NCBI GenBank assembly: GCA_943327755.2
Contig: CALPYF020000013.1
Span: forward strand, 15,998-79,997
DNA: 64,000 nucleotides
Source of the DNA: Deinococcus hopiensis KR-140
GTDB taxonomy: Bacteria > Deinococcota > Deinococci > Deinococcales > Deinococcaceae
Direction of reading: 5' to 3'
The position numbers were made by a program, and so were the translations under genes. How positions within the stretch are numbered: the stretch's first letter is position 1; the number at the start of each line of letters is the position of its first letter. Below are positions 38,978-47,942 of this stretch, in pieces. A model generated the notes under the pieces. The model saw only the letters and a program-made list of their open reading frames with translations. It did no database searches and had not been told where the DNA came from.

Positions 38978-39856
38978 ATGCGGCACGACGGTGAAACGTG
39001 GGTCGAGCTCGGTGGTGTGCGCCAGTGGGTCCGCATTGCTGGATCGACCTGTAACACCGTGCCCCTCATCGTCCTTCACGGTGGCCCTGGAGGTCACCAC
39101 TGGGTCTTTGAGCGGACGGCAGGAACACGCTTGGAGACCGAGCGCACGGTGGTGTATCACGAGCAACGCGGCTGCGGTCGGAGCGAAGCGCCCGCTGACT
39201 CAGCCGCATACAGCATTCCCATACTTGTTGAAGACATTGTTCAACTCATGACCTGGTTGAATGTGCCGTGCGTTGATCTGCTCGGGTATTCGTTTGGGGG
39301 CGGTTTGGCCCTGAAGGTGGCACAGGTCAGACCAGATCTGATCAGACGAGTGATTGCGCAGGCTCCTGTCCTTGATGTGTGGCACTCAGAGATCGTCGAG
39401 TACCAATTAGCCGAGTTTAAAAAACTGACCTCGGCGAGCGAATCAGCCATGCCGAATCGAAGAGTATGTGAAAGCTCAGCGGAAGAGCTTGAGCAGATCT
39501 GGGCCATGGCAGGTGAATCACTGGTGAATCTATTCCTATTTCAGGACGCTGCGCATGGTGCTCAAAACCGACAGTGGTGGGCTGAAAGTGGATTGATCAA
39601 TACCGGGGAGATGCAGGCCGCATTGGCCTGTAGCCCGCACCATGAGGCCATCGATAGAACGATCCAGATACCAACGCTTCTCCTGATGGGCTTACATGAT
39701 CGTAACGTGCCACTTTCGTCTGTCAGGCGGCTGATGAACAACGTGGAGGATGTGAGGTTGATTTTGTTTGAGAACAGTGCGCACTTTCCAGACATTGAAG
39801 AAGTCGACGCTTACGTCCGCGTTGTTCTGGATTTTTTATCTGCTGTGACGTCGTGA
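38978..39856 (+). CDS. alpha/beta hydrolase, proline iminopeptidase-like (292 aa); lower-GC cargo
   Basis: LHGGPG, YHEQRGCGRS, nucleophile GYSFGG, D..V and SAHFP. TACAGT at -12..-7 of the ATG. Confidence 0.9.
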   Translation: MRHDGETWVELGGVRQWVRIAGSTCNTVPLIVLHGGPGGHHWVFERTAGTRLETERTVVYHEQRGCGRSEAPADSAAYSIPILVEDIVQLMTWLNVPCVDLLGYSFGGGLALKVAQVRPDLIRRVIAQAPVLDVWHSEIVEYQLAEFKKLTSASESAMPNRRVCESSAEELEQIWAMAGESLVNLFLFQDAAHGAQNRQWWAESGLINTGEMQAALACSPHHEAIDRTIQIPTLLLMGLHDRNVPLSSVRRLMNNVEDVRLILFENSAHFPDIEEVDAYVRVVLDFLSAVTS

Positions 39857-39983
39857 TCAGGAGAAGAGCCGACAGTGCGACAGCGTCACGTCAACACCGT
39901 TCAGTGAGATGGCGGTCCCCACTGTTACCTGAATGAAACGCACCGTAGCTGTGGCCCACCCCGATGTGGGCCACTCGAAGGGC

Positions 39984-40694
39984 ATGGTCAACGTGTTCCT
40001 CACCCCAGCCCCGGAGCGGCGCACCCCCACCCCCCTCGCCCCGGAGATGGCCCTGCTCCTGTACGGCGGCCACCAACGCGCCGCGATCCTCAAGCACCCC
40101 GTACACGACACCCCGCAGGGCTACGTGCTCGGGCCGGGCCAACTCCTCAGTAGAGAGGATCAGCAGCGCCTCGTGGACTTCACCGCCGGGACGGGGTTGA
40201 CGTTCACGGTGCCGACGACCCTGGCCACCGGCGTGCACTGCGTGTGCTGGTGGGTGCCGCCCCACACGCGGCCCCTGCTGTTCGATGCGAAGTACGACGC
40301 GGCCCGCTCCGTCGCGCGCCTCAGCGGCCAGCCCGTCCCGCACCCCGGCCTGGTGTTCATCGCCTCGCCCGGCACGCTGACCGTGTACGCCGTACGCGGC
40401 GATCAGCGCCCCACCCCAGCCACGGCCCTGTGCCACGCGCCGTACTGGAACATGTTCAGTTCCGCCCAGGTGTGCCGTGGCACCACCCGCTACCCGGAGG
40501 CCTGCACGCCAGACACGCAGGACGCGTGGGAAACGGCGTTCTTCCAGTCGGTGTTCACCGGGCCCAGCCGCACCGATCGGTACATGAATTGGAGCAAGAG
40601 CTACGAGGAACTGCTCGATGAGGCCAGGGCCCAGGGAGCCTTCCCGGACAGCGCGCTGCTGGAGACCGGGCGAATCCTGGCGGACCTCGCGTGA
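39984..40694 (+). CDS. PRTRC system protein B (prokaryotic E2 family D-like), copy 1 (236 aa), hairpin-led
   Basis: VPHPGLVF, LTVYAV...RP...LCHAPYWN....VCRG (putative catalytic Cys) and WETAFFQSVFT. Confidence 0.85.
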   Translation: MVNVFLTPAPERRTPTPLAPEMALLLYGGHQRAAILKHPVHDTPQGYVLGPGQLLSREDQQRLVDFTAGTGLTFTVPTTLATGVHCVCWWVPPHTRPLLFDAKYDAARSVARLSGQPVPHPGLVFIASPGTLTVYAVRGDQRPTPATALCHAPYWNMFSSAQVCRGTTRYPEACTPDTQDAWETAFFQSVFTGPSRTDRYMNWSKSYEELLDEARAQGAFPDSALLETGRILADLA

Positions 40695-40731
40695 AGGGCT
40701 GGCCCACCTTCGGGTGGGCCACCGCGCGCGC

Positions 40732-40920
40732 ATGGAGGAGCCCACATGCCCCGACTTCACCCCGACCCTGCGCGCCCTGCTGCCCACCGGAACGCGCGTC
40801 ATTCCCGCGCCCAAAGCAGCCGACCTGCAATCCCCCGACCTGAAACGCCTGACCGTCACCCTGAGGCAGAGCGGCGCCAGTCCCGCGCAGAGCAGCCCGC
40901 TCGTGCCCCTGCTGCTCTGA
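40732..40920 (+). CDS. small PRTRC-associated ORF, paralogue 2 (62 aa, ends VPLLL), hairpin-led
   Basis: ATG 10 nt after the hairpin; high GC3; stop overlaps CTG of the F frame. Confidence 0.65.
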   Translation: MEEPTCPDFTPTLRALLPTGTRVIPAPKAADLQSPDLKRLTVTLRQSGASPAQSSPLVPLLL

Positions 40921-41894
40921 TCCCGGCCGTTCCCCGCCTGGACGGCGTGACGCCCCTGATCCTCGACGCGGACCTGCGTGGCCTGGACGCCCGCGTGCAG
41001 CTCGCTCTGCATCAGGACCCAGCAGACGTGCTCCGCGCCCTGTTCCGGGATCTCCTCCCCGATGAACCGGGCAGCGCCCCGACCCTTCAGGCAGAACTCA
41101 ACCTGCTGGCACCCCTGGAGGACGCCGAGGTGACCCTGCACGCCTGCACGGACCAGGTCACGCTCACCGTCGAAGCCAGCGCGAACGGGTTCACGCACCT
41201 GCCCGCCCTGCATGCGGCCCTCGCCCGGCGTGACCCACACGTCCTCCCCGGGATCCTTGCCGCACTCGAAACGCACTCCGCGCGCCTCACCCCGCAGTTC
41301 GGGCCGCGTGAAGCGCATGGGCTGGCCGAGCAGTGGCACCACGAGGACCGCGTCATCGAGGACCTCCTCCAGGAGCACCCGGACTGGGACACCCTGACGA
41401 AGCGGGACGTGATCCGCCTCGCGCGGCGCAGCGGCATCCCGCACCCCTGGGTGGTGCGTGACGAGATGCCCTGGCCGTACCTGCGGGACGTGCCAGGCCT
41501 GGACGAAACCGTGGCGCGCCTGCGGTCCCTCGTGCCGGACTTCCCGGCCCTCGCGCCCCTGCTGCGTGCCCTGCCGGAGTTGCGCGAGGCGCATGGCGCC
41601 CTGCCGGCCATGACAGCCGAGGAGCGCGGCAGCGGTCTGCTCGACCACCTGCCCGGTCGGGCATACAGCCCTCTGAAGGAAGGGGCAAGCGCGATGGTGG
41701 ACGTGCTCGATGAGGTGATGGACCTGCACTGGCAGGGCGGGGAGACCGGCGCGGCCCTGCACCTGATCCTGCACGACTGCGACGCGGACCGCGCGCGGCT
41801 CGCGGACCTGCTCACGCACGCCCCGCGCGTGGAAGACGCCCTGAACCGCATTCACGACGCCCTGACGACTGCGGAGAACACGTGCTCATCCTGA
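40746..41894 (+). CDS. PRTRC protein F-like, paralogue 2 (start 40746 or 40917)
   Basis: Paralogue of 37713-38867. GGAGG precedes ATG 40746, but GC3 bias begins at CTG 40917. Confidence 0.65.
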   Translation: MPRLHPDPARPAAHRNARHSRAQSSRPAIPRPETPDRHPEAERRQSRAEQPARAPAALIPAVPRLDGVTPLILDADLRGLDARVQLALHQDPADVLRALFRDLLPDEPGSAPTLQAELNLLAPLEDAEVTLHACTDQVTLTVEASANGFTHLPALHAALARRDPHVLPGILAALETHSARLTPQFGPREAHGLAEQWHHEDRVIEDLLQEHPDWDTLTKRDVIRLARRSGIPHPWVVRDEMPWPYLRDVPGLDETVARLRSLVPDFPALAPLLRALPELREAHGALPAMTAEERGSGLLDHLPGRAYSPLKEGASAMVDVLDEVMDLHWQGGETGAALHLILHDCDADRARLADLLTHAPRVEDALNRIHDALTTAENTCSS

Positions 41895-41979
41895 GGGCGA
41901 CTGCCCCACAGAATGAATGTCATGCACTTGTGTCAGCACGTGCGTTCACGCCATCATGGGCGACAAAGGAGGACCACCG

Positions 41980-42174
41980 ATGCGCAACCGACTGAGCAAA
42001 CTCATGCAGGACCTGCTGGCCACCCGAGAAGGCACGGCGGCCGTGCACCGCGCCGCGACGAACGAAGAGGGATTCGTCCGGACCGTTGTCAACGGCAAGC
42101 GCGTCGTCGTGGCCACCCGTGACGGCCTCCGCAACATGCAGCGCAACAGACCGCGCCCGACCGTCAGCAGATGA
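41980..42174 (+). CDS. small basic protein (64 aa)
   Basis: AAGGAGG RBS; ATGA overlap with the next gene. Confidence 0.65.
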   Translation: MRNRLSKLMQDLLATREGTAAVHRAATNEEGFVRTVVNGKRVVVATRDGLRNMQRNRPRPTVSR

Positions 42175-42977
42175 ACATCGCCTTCCCGGTCCTGCTCCTC
42201 ACCCTGGTACTCCTACCAGGGTTTTTGTTGCGCTACGGCATGTTGCGCGGCACCTACCGCCGCAGCCCCATCACCGCCCAGACCGTGACGGCTGACCTGG
42301 GCAGCGTCACCTTCTTCAGTGCGCTGATCCACCTGTTCTTCGGCTGGGCAACATTCAACTGGGGCGTGGCCCCAAAACTCGATGTCCTCCTGCCCCTTCT
42401 CCTCGGTCAATTCGGAAAGGACAGCGTGTTGCTCACGACGATCCTTCAGGATCTCGGCGGGCGCCCCTGGGTGTACATCGGGTACTTCTTCGGGACCAGT
42501 GCAGCCGCCTACCTGCTCGGCCTGGGGCTGCATGACAGCATGCGGCGCGGCACCCTCGCCCGACGGCTCCCGCTGATCAACGACTGGCACGACCTGCTCT
42601 CCAGAGACGCCAACCGTCAGCCGAACCCCAATGGCGGCCCCGACCTGCTCCCGGACGTGTACATCACGACCGTAGTCGATCTGAAGATCAAAGATCAGCC
42701 GGTGCTCGTCCGAGGCCTCGTGAAGGACTGGTTTCTCACGCCGGCGGGCGATCTGGACTACATCGTCCTGAGCCGGGCATTCCGTCGACCCCTGAGCGCC
42801 GAAAGTCCAGCAGGCGATCCAGATCCGGTCACAGGGGTTGACAGTCGCTACTACGACATCAGGGGCGATCACTTCATTCTTCGTCGCAGTGAGATGATCA
42901 CCCTGAATGTCCTGCACCTATACATCGCGGATGACTCTTCATCTGAACCCCTGCCCACGCTCGACGCCTCGTCCTGA
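42171..42977 (+). CDS. multi-pass membrane protein with a soluble C-terminal domain (DUF6338-like, 268 aa)
   Basis: LLLTLVLLPGFLL N-terminus, three TM segments, then a beta-rich GLVKDW....DYIVL region. Confidence 0.65.
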   Translation: MNIAFPVLLLTLVLLPGFLLRYGMLRGTYRRSPITAQTVTADLGSVTFFSALIHLFFGWATFNWGVAPKLDVLLPLLLGQFGKDSVLLTTILQDLGGRPWVYIGYFFGTSAAAYLLGLGLHDSMRRGTLARRLPLINDWHDLLSRDANRQPNPNGGPDLLPDVYITTVVDLKIKDQPVLVRGLVKDWFLTPAGDLDYIVLSRAFRRPLSAESPAGDPDPVTGVDSRYYDIRGDHFILRRSEMITLNVLHLYIADDSSSEPLPTLDASS

Positions 42978-43022
42978 AGCGGGGAGTTCTGGCCCACCGC
43001 CAGGGTGGGCCAGTGCACGCGC

Positions 43023-43751
43023 ATGCCCTTCCAGGTCACGTACCCGCCCAGCCCCGCCGAGCTCATGCCCCAGCCCCTCCTGCCCACCCTCGCTCTGCTG
43101 ATCTACGAGCGCGCCACTCAGCACGGCAGCCAGGTCCTCCTGCGCAAGCACGCCGTGCGGCAGGACGAGAGGGCGTGCACGCTCGGACCCGCCCAGGCGC
43201 TCACCCGGGCCGACGTCAACGACCTCACGCGCCTCCTCGCTGGTCAGGGCCTGCAGCGCACCCGCCCCACGACCCTCGCGGTCGGCCTCCAGTGCGTCGC
43301 CTGGTGGCGGCCGCCCGGCCTACGCCCCATGCTCTTCGACGCAAAGTACGCCCAGTCGAGGAGCGTCGCGCGCCTGTCCGGCATTCCGGTCCCTCACCCA
43401 GGTCTGGTCTTCGTCGCCACGCCCGGTACGCTCAAGGTGTACGCCGTCACCGGGAACGGGCTTCCCACGGACGACACGCCCCTGATGCACGCCCCGTACT
43501 GGAACATGTTCCCCGGCGGGCAGCTCTGCCGCGGTACCACCCGCTACCCCGACTCGTGCACACCTGCCGCGCAGGACGATTGGGAGACCGCGTTCTTCCA
43601 GTCCGTGTTTACCGGCCCCAGCCGCACTGACCGGTACATGAACTGGGGCAAGAGCTACGAGGAACTCCTCAACGCGGCCCTCGCCGCCGGGACGTTCCCC
43701 GAACAGGTCCTCATTCCCGCTGGACTGACCCTCGCCCAGGCCCTGAGCTGA
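43023..43751 (+). CDS. PRTRC system protein B (E2 family D-like), copy 2 (242 aa), hairpin-led
   Basis: VPHPGLVF...LMHAPYWN....LCRG...WETAFFQSVFT. Confidence 0.85.
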   Translation: MPFQVTYPPSPAELMPQPLLPTLALLIYERATQHGSQVLLRKHAVRQDERACTLGPAQALTRADVNDLTRLLAGQGLQRTRPTTLAVGLQCVAWWRPPGLRPMLFDAKYAQSRSVARLSGIPVPHPGLVFVATPGTLKVYAVTGNGLPTDDTPLMHAPYWNMFPGGQLCRGTTRYPDSCTPAAQDDWETAFFQSVFTGPSRTDRYMNWGKSYEELLNAALAAGTFPEQVLIPAGLTLAQALS

Positions 43752-43794
43752 CACCCGAGAGTCCTGGCCCCCTGACGGGGGCCACGCGGGCATC

Positions 43795-44583
43795 ATGCAC
43801 ACCCTGACCTTCGACCCCAAGGACCCCGTCCGCCTCATTCTCGTGGGCGTTGGCGGCACCGGCAGCCTCATGCTCACCCACCTCGTCCGACTCGACCAGG
43901 CCATCCGCGCCCTCGGCGGCGCCGGCCTGCACGTCACGGCCTTCGATCCGGACGTGGTCAGTGAAACGAACCTCACCCGGCAGAACTTCGCCCCCGCCGA
44001 CATCGGCCGCCATAAGGCCGTCGTGCTCGTCGAGCGCTGCAACCTGTACGCGGGCCTGTGCTGGGACGCGTACCCCCGTACCCTCCAGGACGGGGACGTG
44101 AAGGGTGCGCACGTCGTCATCAGCTGCGTGGACAGCGCCCAGAGCCGCCGGGCCATCCACGCCGCCTTCCGCTCCCAGCCCCCGCAGTACTGGCTGGACT
44201 GCGGGAACGACGCGGCCACCGGGCAGGTCATCCTCGGGCAGGTCCGTCAGAGTCCGGCGCGCCTCCCGCACGTCCTGGACCGCGACCCCACCATGCACAC
44301 GGGCGTGGATGATGACCGCCCCAGCTGCTCGGCCGCGGAGGCCCTGACCCGTCAGCACCTGTTCATCAATCCGGCCGTCGCCCTCCAGGCGGTGCAGCTC
44401 CTCGGTGAACTCCTCCTGAACGCGAAGACCCCCACGTGCGGGGCGTTCATCAACCTCGCTGAGCCACTGCGCGTCGTGGCGCTCCCCGTGCCCGAGGGAC
44501 AGCCCGACGTCCCGCGTGCCCGCCGCCCCAAGCCCCTACTCAAAGCCCGCCGGGAACGCCGTCCCCGCCGTCCCGCCGCATGA
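43795..44583 (+). CDS. PRTRC system ThiF-family (E1-like) protein (262 aa), hairpin-led
   Basis: GVGGTGS, D.VSETNLTRQ.F...DIG..KA, SCVD, WLDCGN and SCSAAEAL..Q.LFIN. Confidence 0.9.
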   Translation: MHTLTFDPKDPVRLILVGVGGTGSLMLTHLVRLDQAIRALGGAGLHVTAFDPDVVSETNLTRQNFAPADIGRHKAVVLVERCNLYAGLCWDAYPRTLQDGDVKGAHVVISCVDSAQSRRAIHAAFRSQPPQYWLDCGNDAATGQVILGQVRQSPARLPHVLDRDPTMHTGVDDDRPSCSAAEALTRQHLFINPAVALQAVQLLGELLLNAKTPTCGAFINLAEPLRVVALPVPEGQPDVPRARRPKPLLKARRERRPRRPAA

Positions 44584-44780
44584 CGCCCATCCCGACCATC
44601 TCCGAGGAGGAGTTCATCATATGGCTCGACTCGCACCGCACCCGACAACCCCCGCTCCGCACGCTCGCCCAGCGTACGCGCGCCCCCGAGGCGCTCACCC
44701 GCGCCCTGGTCAAACTCACACGGACGCAGGAGCGTACGCCATCCGACCCGCGCTTGCCCCCACCACCCCTGCTGCCCTGA
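44580..44780 (+). CDS. small PRTRC-associated ORF, paralogue 3 (66 aa, ends PPLLP)
   Basis: ATGA overlap with ThiF; high GC3; stop overlaps CTG 44777. Confidence 0.6.
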   Translation: MTPIPTISEEEFIIWLDSHRTRQPPLRTLAQRTRAPEALTRALVKLTRTQERTPSDPRLPPPPLLP

Positions 44781-45814
44781 TCCCACATCGCACGGCACCC
44801 CTGAACGTGCCCCGCGCGCACCGCCTCCCCACCGGGTACGTCATCCGCCCAGTGGAGGAGGGCGTCATGGACGCCGCGTGTACCCTCGCCCTACACCTCA
44901 CCCAAGTAGGCCTCATCCCCCGCCGCGCCCCCCGTCCGGGCGAGACGCCGGAGTCGTACTCCCTGAACTCGTATGTGGAGACCTGGCGGGCAGATCTCAG
45001 CGCGCCGGACGTGCTCCTTGATGTCACTCTCCTGTGCGGGTACTCGCAGCACAACACGGCCACCATCGGCGTGGAGGTCCTGCCCCAGTCCGGCCGGGTG
45101 CTGGACCTGCGGGCCCTGCGCGCGGATCTGCGCGCCCGGGACCGGTACCTGTTCGGCGCCCTGATGTTCGCCCTGCGCGCAGCTCTCGCCCCGTACCAGC
45201 CTGTCTTCACTGGTCAGGACGCCGTCCAGGGCGAGGAGGCCCTGCGGTTCGGGGAGATGTGGTGGGATGACCACCTCGAAGCGCTCAGCGAAGCCGAGCA
45301 CGAGGAACGCACCCGCGAACCCCGCGCGCGTGACCTGTGCCGCTGGCTGCAGCGCCAGGGCGCGCCCACGCCCTACGACCTGGGCCGCACGTACCCCATG
45401 GACACGTGGACTGCGCCAGACGACGTGGCCCGCTCCCTCCAGGCCCGCCTGCACGCCCACCGGGTGGTCCCAGGGCTGACGGAGGCCGCGGACCTGCTCG
45501 CGCACCTCGCCACGCTGCCCTTCGAGTGGCGCACCACGCGCGCCTGGGCCGAGGACAGCCTGCACCCGGGGGTGATCGACGTGGTGATCTGCCAGGACAC
45601 CCCAGAGCGCGACCCCGTGCTGGAATTCCACCGGGACGTGACCGACCTGCTCGGCATGCCGCACACGGAGAGCCCCGTCGAATCCCTGGCCATGCTCGAA
45701 GTCCACGACTGGGCCTCACACGAGGCCGCACTGAGGTACCTGCGCGCGGTCGCGGACGTGCAGGCCCGCTCGCGCGCCATGTGGGACGCCCTCACCCGCG
45801 GCGCCACCTCGTGA
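44777..45814 (+). CDS. PRTRC protein F-like, divergent paralogue 3 (frame open from 44516)
   Basis: LDLRALRADLRARDRYL..ALM.AL and A.P..L...YP resemble paralogues 1 and 2; same upstream architecture. Confidence 0.55.
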   Translation: MIPHRTAPLNVPRAHRLPTGYVIRPVEEGVMDAACTLALHLTQVGLIPRRAPRPGETPESYSLNSYVETWRADLSAPDVLLDVTLLCGYSQHNTATIGVEVLPQSGRVLDLRALRADLRARDRYLFGALMFALRAALAPYQPVFTGQDAVQGEEALRFGEMWWDDHLEALSEAEHEERTREPRARDLCRWLQRQGAPTPYDLGRTYPMDTWTAPDDVARSLQARLHAHRVVPGLTEAADLLAHLATLPFEWRTTRAWAEDSLHPGVIDVVICQDTPERDPVLEFHRDVTDLLGMPHTESPVESLAMLEVHDWASHEAALRYLRAVADVQARSRAMWDALTRGATS

Positions 45815-45852
45815 CGTAGCCCTGGCCCCCTGCCCGGGGGCCACGGACGCGT

Positions 45853-46230
45853 ATGAGCGAACTCAGCCTTCTGGACCACATGGCCCGCACTCACTTCCCC
45901 GCTGAACCGGCGTGGCAGGCCCGCCGGGCCCTCATCGACTTGCTGGATGACCTGGATCACGAGACGCTGCGCACCCTCCGCGTCCAGCGGCACCAGGCAC
46001 CGAACGCGCCGGACGCCCCCGCACTCGAACAGGGCACGCTTGGCGCCCTGATCGAGGACTACGTGCACACCAACCCAGGAGTCACCGCCGTGGAGGTGCA
46101 GCAGGCCTTCCCACACGCCCACCCCGGTAACATCACCGACGTGCTCGCCGACTTCAGGGCGAGCAGGCGGGTGCGCGTGATTCACAAGCACCTGTACCCC
46201 TGGTCGCCCGCCGCAGTCTCCACCCCGTGA
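45853..46230 (+). CDS. hypothetical protein with a possible C-terminal wHTH (125 aa), hairpin-led
   Basis: LIEDYVHTNPGVTAVEVQQAF...ITDVLADF..RRV pattern. Confidence 0.7.
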   Translation: MSELSLLDHMARTHFPAEPAWQARRALIDLLDDLDHETLRTLRVQRHQAPNAPDAPALEQGTLGALIEDYVHTNPGVTAVEVQQAFPHAHPGNITDVLADFRASRRVRVIHKHLYPWSPAAVSTP

Positions 46231-46265
46231 AGCGCTGGCCCCCAGCTGGGGGCCACCCCGCACGC

Positions 46266-47003
46266 ATGAGCGCCACCATCACCATCTCCACCGAGCGCAC
46301 CCAGCGCGCTGCCCCCGCCCTGCACGAACCGGTCCTCGCCCTGGTCCTGTACGCGCCCGGCGGCCAGGACGGCCTGAACAGCGCGTACACCCGCAAGCAC
46401 CGCATCCGGCACGACAGCCGTGGCCGGGCCATGCTGGGCGCCGCGCAGGCGCTGACCCACGAGGACGCCCGTGACCTCCTGATGACCCTGGGCGGCCGGG
46501 CTCTCACCCCCACCCGAGAGAACACGCTGGCCACCTCACCCACCGCGTGCGCCTGGTGGATCCCCACCGGGGAACGAGCCCTCCTGTTCAACCCCAAGTA
46601 CGCCCAGGCCGGCAGCGTGGCCCGCTTCTTTGGGCAATCCGTGCCCCACCCACCGCTGGTCTTCATTGCTGGGCCGGGCAGCCTGAGCGTGTACGCCCTC
46701 CGGGAGAACACGCGCCCCACCCTGGACACGCCCGTGTGCCACGCGCCGTTCTGGAACATCTTCCCCAGCGGACAGGTGTGCCGGGGGTCCACCGCGTACC
46801 CGCAAGCCTGCACGCCGGACACGCAACCGGACTGGGAGGCGGTGTTCTTCCAGTCGGAGTTCACCGGGCCGAGCCGCACCGACCGGTACATGAACTGGGG
46901 GAAGAGCTACGAGGAACTGCTGGACGCGGCGCAGGCGCAGGGCACGTTCCCGGCCGAGGTGCTCGTGGACGCGGGGAAGACCCTCGGGCAGATCCTGACC
47001 TGA
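46266..47003 (+). CDS. PRTRC system protein B (E2 family D-like), copy 3 (245 aa), hairpin-led
   Basis: VPHPPLVF...VCHAPFWN....VCRG...WEAVFFQSEFT. Confidence 0.85.
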   Translation: MSATITISTERTQRAAPALHEPVLALVLYAPGGQDGLNSAYTRKHRIRHDSRGRAMLGAAQALTHEDARDLLMTLGGRALTPTRENTLATSPTACAWWIPTGERALLFNPKYAQAGSVARFFGQSVPHPPLVFIAGPGSLSVYALRENTRPTLDTPVCHAPFWNIFPSGQVCRGSTAYPQACTPDTQPDWEAVFFQSEFTGPSRTDRYMNWGKSYEELLDAAQAQGTFPAEVLVDAGKTLGQILT

Positions 47004-47038
47004 TCGCCGTCACCCCCAGGCACGTCACCCTGCGGGAC

Positions 47039-47476
47039 ATGGACACGCCGCCGGTCACCGAACCACACTTCCCCTCGCGCCTCGTCCTCCTCGCCGACAA
47101 CGACGCGTGCTGCGCCCGGCTCCAGACCGGGAAGGACACCTCGGTGACCGGCCACGGGCCTACCATCGAGGCCGCCCTGACGCACCTGGCGGCCCAACAG
47201 CCCGTCCTGCTGCCGCCCGCCCCAGGCCTCGACGTCCCCCTGACGCCCGGCCATCACCTCACCGTTGAACTGCGCGTGCAGCAGCCGGACTTCGATTTCG
47301 TCTTCGCGGCCTGGTGGACCACCCCACAGGGCCGCGCGCTCCACCGACCCGTCCTCGCGGAGACCGCCCCGCAGGCCATGGCGGACCTGCTGGCCGCCCA
47401 CCCTGACCCCGCCGCGATCCGACCAACCCAGTCACGCCCGGGCGGCACCCGCACGCCCGGTCCCACCCGGAAGTAG
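47039..47476 (+). CDS. hypothetical protein (145 aa; an in-frame CTG at 47000 overlaps the upstream stop)
   Basis: High GC3 frame following protein B copy 3. Confidence 0.6.
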   Translation: MDTPPVTEPHFPSRLVLLADNDACCARLQTGKDTSVTGHGPTIEAALTHLAAQQPVLLPPAPGLDVPLTPGHHLTVELRVQQPDFDFVFAAWWTTPQGRALHRPVLAETAPQAMADLLAAHPDPAAIRPTQSRPGGTRTPGPTRK

Positions 47477-47535
47477 TGCTGCACCGCCCGCCCAAGAGTG
47501 ATGGCCCCCGGGCGTGCCGGGGGCCACGGGCACGC

Positions 47536-47910
47536 ATGGCCCAGACCACACAACGTCCATCCCGGTTCATCCCTGGGGAAGTCCGCGCCGTGCAGGGCGA
47601 TCAGACCCAGACCGTGCCCTGCGTCCGTCTCGCTGACCTGCCCGGCGCTGCACTGCACCGCATGCAGGGTGACGCCGGGTGGGCCCTCACGCATGAACGC
47701 TCCGGGCTCGCCATCCGCGCCCTGCTGCCCACGGAACGCGTCGGGCGGCGGCTGATGCGTCGCCTCGCCGGGCACAACTTCGACCGGGAGCAGGCCGAAA
47801 TCATCCGGGACGAGGAGCTCACCGCTGACGTGCTCGGCCACGCATCCCAGCTCACCGGCGAGCAGCTGTACGCCCACAACCCCGACGGGACCTGGACGCT
47901 GACGTTCTGA
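47536..47910 (+). CDS. hypothetical protein (124 aa), hairpin-led
   Basis: ATG 9 nt after the hairpin. Confidence 0.7.
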   Translation: MAQTTQRPSRFIPGEVRAVQGDQTQTVPCVRLADLPGAALHRMQGDAGWALTHERSGLAIRALLPTERVGRRLMRRLAGHNFDREQAEIIRDEELTADVLGHASQLTGEQLYAHNPDGTWTLTF

Positions 47911-47942
47911 CCCGCCCCCATTCCACCCCAACAGGAGTGACC

